Assembly: GCA_024137785.1 (NCBI GenBank)
Contig: JAHRHZ010000027.1
Span: 102,929 to 149,367 of the forward strand
Reading direction: 5' to 3'
DNA length: 46,439 bases
Source: Ginglymostoma cirratum
Lineage: Eukaryota
The notes beneath the pieces were generated by a model that saw only the letters and a program-made list of their open reading frames with translations, searched no databases and was not told the origin of the DNA. Numbering within the stretch: the first letter of the stretch is position 1; each line of letters starts with the position of its first letter. A program made the translations under genes and the position numbers. Below are positions 24,131-36,100 of the stretch, one piece after another.

Positions 24131-27100
24131 GTGAGTGACAGCACAAGCTGGATATTTTGGACAGTCTGTATTGGCATATGCCTCGTGTACCTGCTATTCA
24201 GCCGTGATGTTTAAATAGTCAGGGACACGCATAGGCACAGAATACTCAGGAAAAATGTTTGGGTGAAGTCTTGTCCCTATTTTATCTAAACTACTTCATC
24301 TCAGAAATATTTACCAATATGCTGTAATGTATATTGCTCATGGTTAATTTTAAATAGAGGTTCTCACTTAGTTTGTCTCAAGAGCCACCAACAACTTGAA
24401 AGAAATGTAGCAGTAACACATTAGATTTGTGAAAAGTGAGCTTTTGCATGCATTTGCTATCCAATGGAAACTGAATGTTGCGGCGGTAATAACGTCTCTA
24501 AGAGGGCATTCCCTGAGTTTTCAATTGTTTTTGCTCTTTCAAGAGCGGCTGTTGAAATATTGAAGCTCTGTCAATGTCACTGCTCCTCGATGACACGCAT
24601 TTTACGCACAGTGCTACATCAATAAGGACTCTTTTCCTACCATTCTTCAGCTCCAAAGAAGTAAACTTGTCATTTTTGCATCCACTCCAAAGTAATCTTC
24701 TGAATTTAGCTTCAGTGAAATTTTTGATGCATAACATTCATGGAGGAACCTCAGAAATAGCAGAAGGATTCAGCTCTTTGACCCCTTCAACGATGTTCCA
24801 TCACTCAAAAACATTAAAGCTCCCTCAACACTACTTGCCTGAACAAGACCCATATCTCTGAACAAAAAACATTCACTCACAGTTACACTGAATATAGTTA
24901 AAGCTGATTGACACTCAAAGGTTGGGAACCTTTCAAATCTTCTAACCGAAAGAGCTGAAGGCAAAGTTTCTCCTCTTCTTCTTCCAAACGCCTGACTCCC
25001 ATTTTTGAGACTGTGATACTGTGCTCCAGAATCTCCAGCCCTGTGAAATATATGTCCTACATGGGTCTAATCAGGCCCCCTGGGCTCTTTATATGTTTCG
25101 ATTCGTCAACACTCATTCCTTTAATTCCTAGGGAAAATAGAACTGATCAGAGAATAATAGAATCATAGATGACTACAGCAAAGAAAGAGACCCTTTATTC
25201 CATTGATCCTGCACCATTTTATAAATAATTTTCCTTCAATTCCTTCCAAACTTCCTGTTCTTACTTCAAGTCTATTTCGTCTTCCACATCTGTTCCTCCA
25301 TAATTTTATACATTTCAATCATGTCCCCTCTCAATCGCCATTGTACCAAGTAAACACAACTAATTTATCCAATCTCTCGTCTTCAATAAATCTCACGTCT
25401 AAATTCAAACCTAAGGTGATGTATAGTCTACCGTCTAACTATTGGTGCAAAAAGTAGCAATAACTTTGGTTTGGGAGATGACGATGTAGGATCGGTTTGG
25501 ATGGAGATGAGGAATAATTTGGATGAAGTGATCACTTGAGGGAGTGATTAACAAATCTCCGAACACTCGCCATGATGTAAGGGGCATTTAAGAAGAAATG
25601 AATGGCTGCTTGTCATAAAGGGATAGCAATAACTGTGAGTAATTTTTAACCTGTTTGATGAGGGGTTTGTTGAATATTTTTGAGACAGTCTCTTACAACG
25701 ACACATTCTCGAACCGACCAGATAGCTGGTATTTGGTATTGTCTGAAGAGCAGTGACCACAATCTGATTGAATTTTATATCACGTTTGAAAGGTAAAGGT
25801 ATTGTTCAATTATATGGACATGATAGCTCAGCTTTCTGAAGTGAACTGCAATATCAGGTCAGCAAATAGATCAGTAATGAAGCTGTGACAGACACTGTCA
25901 AGGATATTTCACAATACTGAGAATAAGGAGATGAGCACAAAAAATTCCAAATGGAGGACTTACCTTACCATGGTTAACTAAAGAAGTTGAGGAATGCATC
26001 CAACTACAGGAAAAAGAATATTATTGCACTAAGATGAATGGCACGTCAGATGACCTGTAACAATAGTGAGAATGGCAGAAAATGACAAAATGTTTAAACA
26101 GGACAAATCAATAAAAACATAAAAACAAGCAAGTCAAAAACTCTACAAATGGATAGCAAGAGTTTGAGCATCTATCTGGAAAGGAAAAGAATAAGTAAAG
26201 TGAGTGTTGGTGTCAAGAGATTGAGAATGCAGAGTTAATAGTAGATTGATGCTCTGAGCTCACCTTATGCAACGATGAGAAAAGTCAAATCCCAGACTGA
26301 AATCTGATTTGGTAGATTTTCTTAACTTTTGGCTAATGCAGTGTTTAATCACTCAAGCATAATCAGAGAAGATTACTGAACTTTTAAAAGAACAGAACAA
26401 AAGTTTATGACAAAGAAAATGAAATTGAAAATGAAGGCAATCTGTGCAGATATACGTTTTCAAACAATCTTAAGACGCACTGCAAAACAAAGTTTTCAAC
26501 TGTTTTCCAACATTGTCAACTTACAGTGAGTTAAGCCCACAGAAATCTGCCATCCTGCTGATGTAAAGTAGCAGGCTAATACAATGCCATCCTGGACTGA
26601 ATATAAAAGTGAGATCATTGTGCTTCAATGATGCAGGACATTGTCCTGAGGGGTCACCATTTTAAAATTAGGGATCACCCTTTTTTAATACAGAGGTGGA
26701 GGAATTTTTTCTCCAGAGAACTGGCTACCATAGAAGGAGATTGAGGTGGATAGATATTTGTGAGACAAGAATCAAAGGTTATCGGGATAAATGGGAATGT
26801 GGGATTGGAACACAAATATAACGGCTGTAATCTTCTGGGTGGCTGAGCGGGTTTCAAGAACTGAATGCTCTGCTTCTGCTTTGTATTTCTAGACTATATC
26901 CTCAATTTATATGGTCATATGTTTGTTACAGATATAGTGCAGCATTTCCTGTGGGTGGAGGGGTAAAACTTATTAAGATGTATTTATTTGTATTAAGAGC
27001 TCAGTTCTTTCTCAATTTCTGAAAAGTTGTCTCCCCAGCATCATCACATGTGTGGACAAAGGAGAAAGTAACAGGAATTGTGGGAAGATCAATCACCATA

Positions 27101-30100
27101 CCTTGTGAATATGACGCATCGTTCAAGGACAATATGAAATACTGGTGTCATGGTTGGACTACCTACTGCTCATATTTGGTGAGAACGACTGATCCAGATG
27201 GACAGCGAGAGAGAATGTCAATCCAAGATAACAAGACACAAGGAGTATTTGTTGTTACCATGGAGCGTCTTCGCACGGAAGATGCCGGATGGTACAGCTG
27301 TGGTATTGATCGAGCAGGTAGAGATGAATTATCTGCTGTGAATCTCAAAGTATTTTATGGTACATTTCTCATTGATTTTTCTTATTAATCTCTACTCAAC
27401 TGTCTGTTCAATGTTTTATCTGGGAGGAACCATGAAACCTTTAACACCCCAATGTGCTGCAGCAGAGCTGACACTTGTTGGTAGGAAGATATGTACAGTG
27501 GAGGCCATTCAGCCTATTGAGCCTGTCCCACTAATTAATGCAATTATGGCTGATTGAACACTTCAGTGCCAGTAAGACACACTATGCTCTTAACTCTTCA
27601 TACAAATAATAATAAAAGAATTTATCGAGTCCTACTTTAAATATACACCATAAAATCTGTTGAACCGATGATGCACTCCTTCCAAGGCAATAATATCTTT
27701 CCTGAAGTAAGCTGATCGAAACTGCACAAAATACTTCAGGTTTGGTTTAACCAAGATCCTAAACGATAACTGAAGCATGAATTCTCAATACTCAAATCCT
27801 CATGTAATAAAGGCTAACATGCCTGCATCTTTCCAAATAACTTGCTGCACCTGTATGTTAGCCTTCAATATCTTATTGACCAGGGTACCCAAGTCTCTTT
27901 ATACATCTGTACTTTCCAACATCTCACCATTTAAAAAAATACTCTGCACGTGGCTTCCTCCTACTAAAGTGGATAATCTTACATTTATCTACAATATATT
28001 CCATCAGCCAAATCCTTGCCCAATCATTAAGCCTGTCCAAATCCTGCTGAAGATGTTTTGCATCTTCCTCACAACATATAATCCTCATTTTCTTGTATCA
28101 TCTGCAAATTTGGAAATGATAAATTTAGTCCCCATCTCTAAATCGTTGCTATTTTCGGAAACAAACTTGGGATCAGGTACTGAGATAACAAGGTGTAGAG
28201 CTGGATTAACACAGCAGGCCAAGCAGCATTAGAGGAGCAGGATCAGTAGTTCACAAAAAATTCCAAGCCTCAAATTTCTAATGATATTGGCCACTTTAAA
28301 ACCTTATTGTTTTAATCCCAAAAGTCTTTAACTTCATTTTGTCAGCTACAGTTGATCTGTCTTTTTTCGAGTGGAATACTTTCTTGCTGTTAGGCATGAA
28401 ACGGGTCTTTATGACTGTCCGTTGCCTGTATACTATCCTGCCTTTTAATGTACTTCCCCAAACCGGCTCTGCCACTTTGTGCCTCTCTCTTTCATAACTT
28501 TCCTAATTCAACCTTCCTTCAGATTGAGATACCTCACTTCCAGGCATAAGGTATAATTCTACCACATTCTGATCCTTCGTCCCCATAGGTTCTTTTAAAG
28601 AAACATCATTAATTAGCTCTTTTTCATGACATTACATGATACCCAAAATAACCGGTTGCCTGGTCAGCTCTTCAACATGCTGCTCGACAAAACCAATCGT
28701 GGTCATGGTAGCTTGCAGTATCATAAGTTTTGGGAACAACACGGCAGTTCTCAGGATTTGTGGAAGCCAGCCAATCCTGCTGACATCCATTTTAGAGACA
28801 TAGAGTCCTACAGCACGCAAAGGGGCCCTTTGTCCCATCATGCCTGTGCTGGTCAGCAAGTATCTATCTGTCATGGTCCCATGTTCCTGCACTTCACCTG
28901 TAAGTCTTGTGGGGTCTGGCATTTCAAGTGATCATTTGAAAAGATTCTAAAAGTTTTCTGCAGGATCACTGTCTGTGGGTGAGGTAATCCCATGGGAGGG
29001 GGATTTATCAATTACAGACTGTTAACTCTCAATCTATGCAATGTTAAGCTGATATTTGGATAGCAACTGTGGAGATTCTAAAATGAAAAGATTTGAATAC
29101 AAGATAGAAATGATGAAATTTGCAGAGTATTCCTTGTTTAGATCCTCAGTCAGTATCTCACCATTTGCTTCTTTCTCACAGAACCTGTGTCTGATCCGAT
29201 AATTCAATTTTTATCACCATCAAATATCTTGTGCTTTGAGAACTCAGTTTCTGTCTCCTGTGAGTCTGCCCAGGGATCTCTTCCCATTCAGTACACATGG
29301 TATGAAAAGACCCCGTCTGAAGACTCAAAGATCTCTCACACCAGTAAACTGGATCTACATTGTCAATCCTTCAAACAGCAACATCATCGATATTACTGCA
29401 CAGCTTCAAATACTCAGGGAGAAAAGCTCAGTGAAATGGTTACAGTGTCAATCATCCACAGATCAGAGAGCAACTGCAGTTATTTCGTACAAATTGGGAG
29501 CCGTGGTAAGCATTACTTGGAGCTTCAAGAACCTCAGTTGTTTTTGTTTCATTAATATCTGTATTAATTTAGTACTATGTCTCCTTTCCCTTGTGGATCC
29601 CTTTTTGTCAGATCAAATGAGTTTTTGTTCTCAAAGGAGTCCATTTAAAGGGCTTTCTTGAGCTAACTAAAGGTGAGTTTGTTACTTACTGAATTCAAGA
29701 AATATTTCTAATGGAAGAGAGAGACACCGGGAGTGAAGTTCACTTTTAACTCCTATCTATATGTATAAATGAAAGAGGTAGACTTAAAAAAAAGTTATTT
29801 CTGTGAGTCATGATCATATTCTGAGACAGCTCCAAGGCAAACACACTTCACTTTATTGTTTATTTCTCCCCTTAAGTCAATCCTGTTGAAGTTTCCTTCA
29901 CAAACACTTAGGTACAACATTCCAATCTCTTTCTCCGAATGTCCACTGAAATCACATCTGTGATAATTTTGGCTTGATCAATTTCCTTTCAAAAAACACA
30001 CATTGTAAGTAAAGTTCGATGTCCCCGTGGGCGACATGAGGTTATGATTCATGGTCATGGTGCCCTGCCACTTTAGTTTAACCTCACCCCACAGAACTAG

Positions 30101-33100
30101 CAAATGGCCCTCAGAGGACATCGGTCCTGGTCCTGCTGGTTTGCAACCCGTCCAGCTTGTACAGATTCCATCTTTGCCAGAATGGGACCCAATGCCTCCA
30201 GAGTCTAAATTCCTCTCTCCCCACAATCAGGTGCTAAGCCATTCCTGGTGCCATGGATTTGGCTGTCTCTGCATTCACCTGAGAACACATCTCCCCTCCG
30301 CAGTATCCAGAAGGGAAAATCTATTAGAAAGTGAGACAGCTTGGTGTATTTCACTTCTCCCTGCCTGGAGTTTTCCCTCAGTCTCTCATTCCCTTTCTGT
30401 GAGTGCACTCTTTACCTGCTGAGTGATGACTTTTCTGGATGTGCTATCCATGAGGATGTCAGCCTTTGGGTCCTTCAAATGATTCCAGATCACTGCGGTC
30501 ACATCCAATGCTGCACCACCATATCTAACTGCCCTTGAACTTCATTCCAAGCTCCCTCTGCAGTACACAAGCAATTCTGTTGCTTTGTCTTTACTACTGC
30601 ATTACTAATCAACAGTACTTTGAATGAGTTTAGTCTATGTCTCCTTCAAAATTCAGTGATCTTCAGTCCCCAATTTGTGCTGCTTGGAAATGCTCTTCAG
30701 TGACCCTGAAACTGTACTAAGTGAAAATCCTACCAAAGGCCCTATTTTGGGCCTATTTTACACAAATCCTGTTGTTGGGCCAAATCGAATGTCGCCACGA
30801 AGCAACTCTTCAACTGAGTGTACTTTGAAAGTTACATGTCTCAGAGAATGCTGGTCTCCTTGTTACAATTGGATGCACAAGAAATGGATTTCAGCACAAA
30901 CCGTATGATGCAGTGGACAGATTCCTCCATACTCAGTGGCAACTCACATTAAATGTATCTGATTATATTGAGAAGTTCATTTCTGTTTGATTAATTAATT
31001 GTCTTTTCAGGTTCAACCGTAACGCCAGCAAAAAATAAAGTGACAGGAGTTTTGGGAAGAGCTATCACAATAGAATGTCACTATGACAAACGGTCACAAC
31101 TGTATATGAAATTTTGGAGTCGCCAGTGCTCTGTTTTAGTAAAATCAGATGACCATCATGGACAGCGAGGAAGAATATCGATCATCGATAACAAGACACA
31201 AAATATATTTTCTGTCACAACGGAGGATCTTCGCTCAGAAGATGCAGGATGGTACAGCTGTGGTATTGACCAATTTGGCCACATTTCAGTGTCTGCTGTC
31301 GAGCTACAAATATCTCACGGTATATTTCTCAGTGGTATTGTTGATTATTCTCTATTGAGATGTTTTATCGATGGTTTATCTGTGAGAGAACATGATAGTT
31401 CCATTATCCTGATGCCCGATTGCAACGAAGGGGTTTCCAGTGGGAGGGCAGGTATCATAACGCTTTGTTAAAAGAATTGGAACTTTGAGACCAAAACGAG
31501 TGATCTAAAAACATTAGATTCGATTAATTGGAATGCTATCATTCTTATCCTCCTTGCCTTTCACCAGCCAAAAAGTTGTGAGAATTGTCACCTTCATTCC
31601 CATTGTTTGCCTGCAGCCATTTAACACTGAATACAGTGAATGGAGTGTGACTTGTCCCTTCAGCAGCAGTTGGTGCCACTCAGACCGGAGCAAGTCCTTG
31701 TAAGTGGAAGAGCCAGGTTCCAGTCTGGGGCATGCCGTCAGTCCAGAGGGAAAGAGGGATGGGGCTCTGGGATGTGTTACAATAGGTGATTCTGAGAAGC
31801 TTTGAGTAGATTTTCTGCCACCAAAAGCTTTGCTGGTGTTTGTCTAGCCCATTGATGCTACTTCGGAAGAATGACCATAATCATGTCTTCAGTAGAATAT
31901 CAGTTTGACCTGATAAAACAGCAGATTGGATTATTACACATTATTTAATAGCATGCTGCAATATATCCAAGATACACGATTACCCTATGAAACAATCAGG
32001 ATGATGGACGTTATTGGTACTGGAATGTTTATGTTATAAGGAGAGGCTTGATAGACTGGGACTTTTTCGCTGGAGTGTAGGAGGTTGAGGAGTAAATCAT
32101 GAGCGGCATAGATAAAGTGAATATCAAAGGTCTTTTCCCTAAGGTAGGGCGTTTCAAAACAAGAGGGCATATTTTTAAGGTAAGAGGGGGTAAAATTTTA
32201 AAAGGAACCGGAGGGAAATTTTTCCTCACAGCTCATTGAATATATGCACCACCCTCTGCGTGAAAGTGGTAGACTCAGGTACAGTAACAACATTTAAAAG
32301 ACATTTGTATGGGTACGTGAACAGGAAACTTTGGAGGGATATGGGCCAAGTGCAGGGAATTGGGACAAGTTTAAGTTTGGGAAACCTGGTTGGCGTGGAT
32401 GAGTTGGACCAAAGGGTCTGTTTCCATGTTTCGTATGACTATAGATAACTTAGATTAAGTATACATTATAGCTTCAGCTAACGTGAAGGACAATCTTTGA
32501 AACACTGCACACTCTGTGATGAACACATAGAGAACTTGAAGGACTCAAGGAGAACCCAGTTAGCTCCTCCCAGAAACTGTCCTTAGATAGTATCTGGTCA
32601 CCAATGTGTTGCAATTACTCTCTTGACACCTGAAAGGGAAAATGTAACTCCACACCCATTCACTTCAACAGAACAAGGTGACGAATGTTGGGCAGGATTC
32701 AATTCAGTAAAAACATGAAAGTCAACTGACTTATGGCTGAAGCACATTGAATCTGGGAACATTGAAGTAGTCAGTAAATCTGATATAATGTCCAATTATG
32801 GAGCATTTCTAGGTTTCAGAATTCCAGAAACACAATTTCCCAGCTCCCTCTGAATTTTTGATCAGTCACAGCCAAGTGGGATGAAGAATATTTAAGCTCC
32901 CTTATTAAGGTCAGAAACGTTGCAACAAATATCTGCCAATTTATTGTCTTCTTTGTTCCATTTTTATGTAAGATTCTCTCCAAAAGGTTTCCAAATGAGA
33001 ATCAAATATTTAGCTCAGCTGAAGTCTTGGAATCTGGCTATTCGCTACTGTTAGAAAATATTTCATAGAATCCCTACAATGTGGAAACAGGCCATCACCC

Positions 33101-36100
33101 CACAATTCACACCAACTCTCCAAAGAGCATCCCACCCTGTCCCTGTAACTCTGCGTTACCCATGGCTAGTCCAACCAACCTACACATCCCTGGACTGTGA
33201 TAACAAGGTGTAGAGCTGGATGAACACAACAGGCCAAGCAGCATCATAGGAGCAGGAAAGCTGATGTTTCGGGCCTAGACCCTTCTTCAGAAATGGGGGA
33301 GAGGAAGGAGGTTCCGGAATTAAAAGAGAGAGAGGGGGAAGCAGATAGAAGAGGGATAGAGGAGAAGATAGGTGGAGAGGAGACAGACCGGTCAAAGAGG
33401 CGGGGATGGAGCCAGTAAAGGTGAGTGTAGGTGGGGAGGTAGGGAGGAGGTAGGTCAGTCCAGGGAGGACGGACAGGTCAAGGGGACGGGATGAGGTTAG
33501 TAGGTAGGAGATGGGGGTGGGGCTTGAGGTGGTAGGAGGGGATAGGTGGAAGGACAGGTTAGGGAGGCGGGGGCGAGCTGGGCTGGTTTTAGGATGCGGT
33601 AGGGGGAGGGGAGATTTTGAAGCTTGTGAAGTCCACATTGATTACATTAGGCTGCAGGGTTCCCAAGCGGAATATGAGTTGCTGTTCCTGCAACCTTCGG
33701 GTGGCATCGTTGTGGCACTGCAGGAGGCCCAGGATGGACATGTCGTCTGTGGAATGGGAGGGGGAGTTGAAATGGTTCGCGACTGTGAGATTTCCATTTC
33801 AAGCCCATCGACTCTCACAGCTACCTAGAATACACCTCTTCCCACCAACCTTCCTGCAAAAATGCCATCCACTATTCCCAATTCTTTCGCCTCCCCACCT
33901 ACACTCGCCTTTACTGGCTCCATCCCCGCCTCTTTGACCGGTCTGTCTTCTCTCCACCTATCTTCTCCTCTATCCATCTTCTATCCGCCTCCCCCTCTCT
34001 CCCTATTTAGTTCAGAACCTCCTTCCCCTCCCCCATTTCTGAAGAAAGGTCTAGGCCCGAAATGTCAGCTTTCCTGCTCCTATGATGCTGCTTGGCCTGC
34101 TGTGTTCATCCAGCTCTACACTTTGTTGTCTCATCATCCCTGGACTGTATGGGCAATTTAGCATGGCCAATTCACCTAGCCTGCACATCTATGGACTGTG
34201 GGAGGAAACTGGAGCACCCGGTGAAAACCAATGCAGGGTCTGATTTCCATATTGACACATGTGCATGATCATTGCACTTGTCCTGATGCAGAGCCTTCCT
34301 ATGTTCTGACATAATAGTAGACATGGGGATTCATGCTAATGTGAGGCTGGAGAGGTATGGAGAGTTAGCTGTGTTGAGTATATTCCAACATACAGGCCCT
34401 GGATGAGGGGTAGAAATGTTGAAAATAGGAACAGTGTTTAAATGCTGCTCAGGCAGTATCTGAATGTTTGTTTTTTTTCCACAGAACCTGTCTCTGTTCC
34501 TGTATTTAGATTCTTATCATCTCCACCAAATGCCTCATGTTCTGGGAGCTCAGTGACAATCTCCTGTGAATCTGTCCAGGGATCCCTCCCCATTCAGTAC
34601 ACATGGTATGAAAAGACCCCGTCTGAAGATTCAAAGATCTCTCACACCAGTAAACTGGATCTACATTGTCAATCCTTCAAACAGCAACATCATCGATATT
34701 ACTGCACAGCGTCAAATACTCAGGGAGAAGAATCCAGTGAAATGGTTAATGTGTCAGTCATCCACAGATCAGAGAAGAACTGCAGTTATGTAGCACATAT
34801 CAGCACCAGTGGTAAGCTATACTGTAAACAAACAATATAATTGTTGATTTGTCAAAATAAAAATTTCGAGCAAACTAGGTGCTGTTATGTTCCTGCAATC
34901 AGTCTGAAGAACTGCAACTGGCCAAATTTACTCTTTCTGGTCTTTCAGTAACTCTGAACAAGGTCACTTTGTTGAATATGGAAAAGATTATAAAATATCC
35001 CAAAAACATGGATCTAGTTCGCAGACATATTAATTCCAGTTTCTTATTGTTTTATTGATTTCAAATTCCACCATCTGCATGACAGGGTTCAAACCCAGGT
35101 CCCCAGAACATTACTGGGTCTCTAGGTTACTAGTCTAGTGGTAATACCACTTGGTCGTCACCTGCCCAAGTGATGAGTAGGACCAGTTCTCTGGCTGGAA
35201 TTATATGTTTGCACAGGACACTAAGGCGATGTCAGGATTGGAGTCCATTAACAGACTCAACTGGTAACGCTGTGCTGACATCTGTGAGATATGGAATACA
35301 ATTAGAAACTACCATGAAAGATTAGTCACTGACAGTTCAGAGTGGGATTGCCCTGCTAGTGGGGGCATGGGGATTACACATAGATTATACCTTCCAAACC
35401 CATTTAATCAGCCAGATTTTTCTCCCCAAGGTTCCATTTGACAGTGTTACTCTTTTGGTTAGCTACAGTAAAAATGAGGTTAATCTGAAAGTTATTCATT
35501 TGTTTCAACAGGAGCTGATTACTGTTCTGAAATTTCAACAGTATCGGTGACAACTTCAAGTTCAAAAGACGTGTCTCAACTTGGTATAAGGTGCAATTAT
35601 CTCATCATTAGTGTTTGGCAGCTTCCATAGAAGGGATTAAATCCTCTTGAACAATGTTTTGATTTTTTTTTCATTCATTTTGTGGGATGTGGGTGTTGCT
35701 GACTGGCCAGCATTTATTGCCCGTCCTTAGTTGCCCTTGAGAAGGTTGCGGTGAGCTGCCTTCTTGAACTGAAGGAGCCCACCTGCTGTGAGTTGACCCA
35801 CAATTCCATTATGGACAGAATTCCAGGATTTGGACCCAATGGGAGTGGGGGAACGGTGGTATACTTCCAAGTCAGGATGGTGAGTGGCTTGGAGGGGAAC
35901 TTGAAGGTGGTGATGTTCCCATATGTCTGCTGCCCTTGTCCTTCCAGATGGAAATGGTCGGGGGTTTGGAAGGTGCTGTCTGAGGATCTTTGGGGAATTT
36001 CTGCATCGCATCTTGCAGATAGTGCACACTGCTGCTATGGGGGGTCAGTGGTGGAGGGAGTGGATGCTTGTGGATACATTGCCAATCAGGTGGAATAAAT

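Larger units (their letters stand above)
18572..30590. repeat. Right arm of large inverted segmental duplication
   Basis: Reverse complement of the left arm, with arm-specific insertions and deletions. Confidence 0.9.

Noticed and set aside
30675-30908. 77-aa ORF between exons 3 and 4 as an extra linker exon
   Set aside because: No convincing splice pair or similarity to the stalk exon; exons 3 and 4 already join in phase.
5409-31319. Rearranging V segments (Ig/TCR-like)
   Set aside because: Each V exon includes its own G strand and ends at a GT donor. I saw no heptamer/nonamer RSS abutting them and no J segments.
33180-34161. Pro/Ser-rich ORFs of 99-152 aa
   Set aside because: Low-complexity purine/pyrimidine-biased PLE tail read in non-coding frames.
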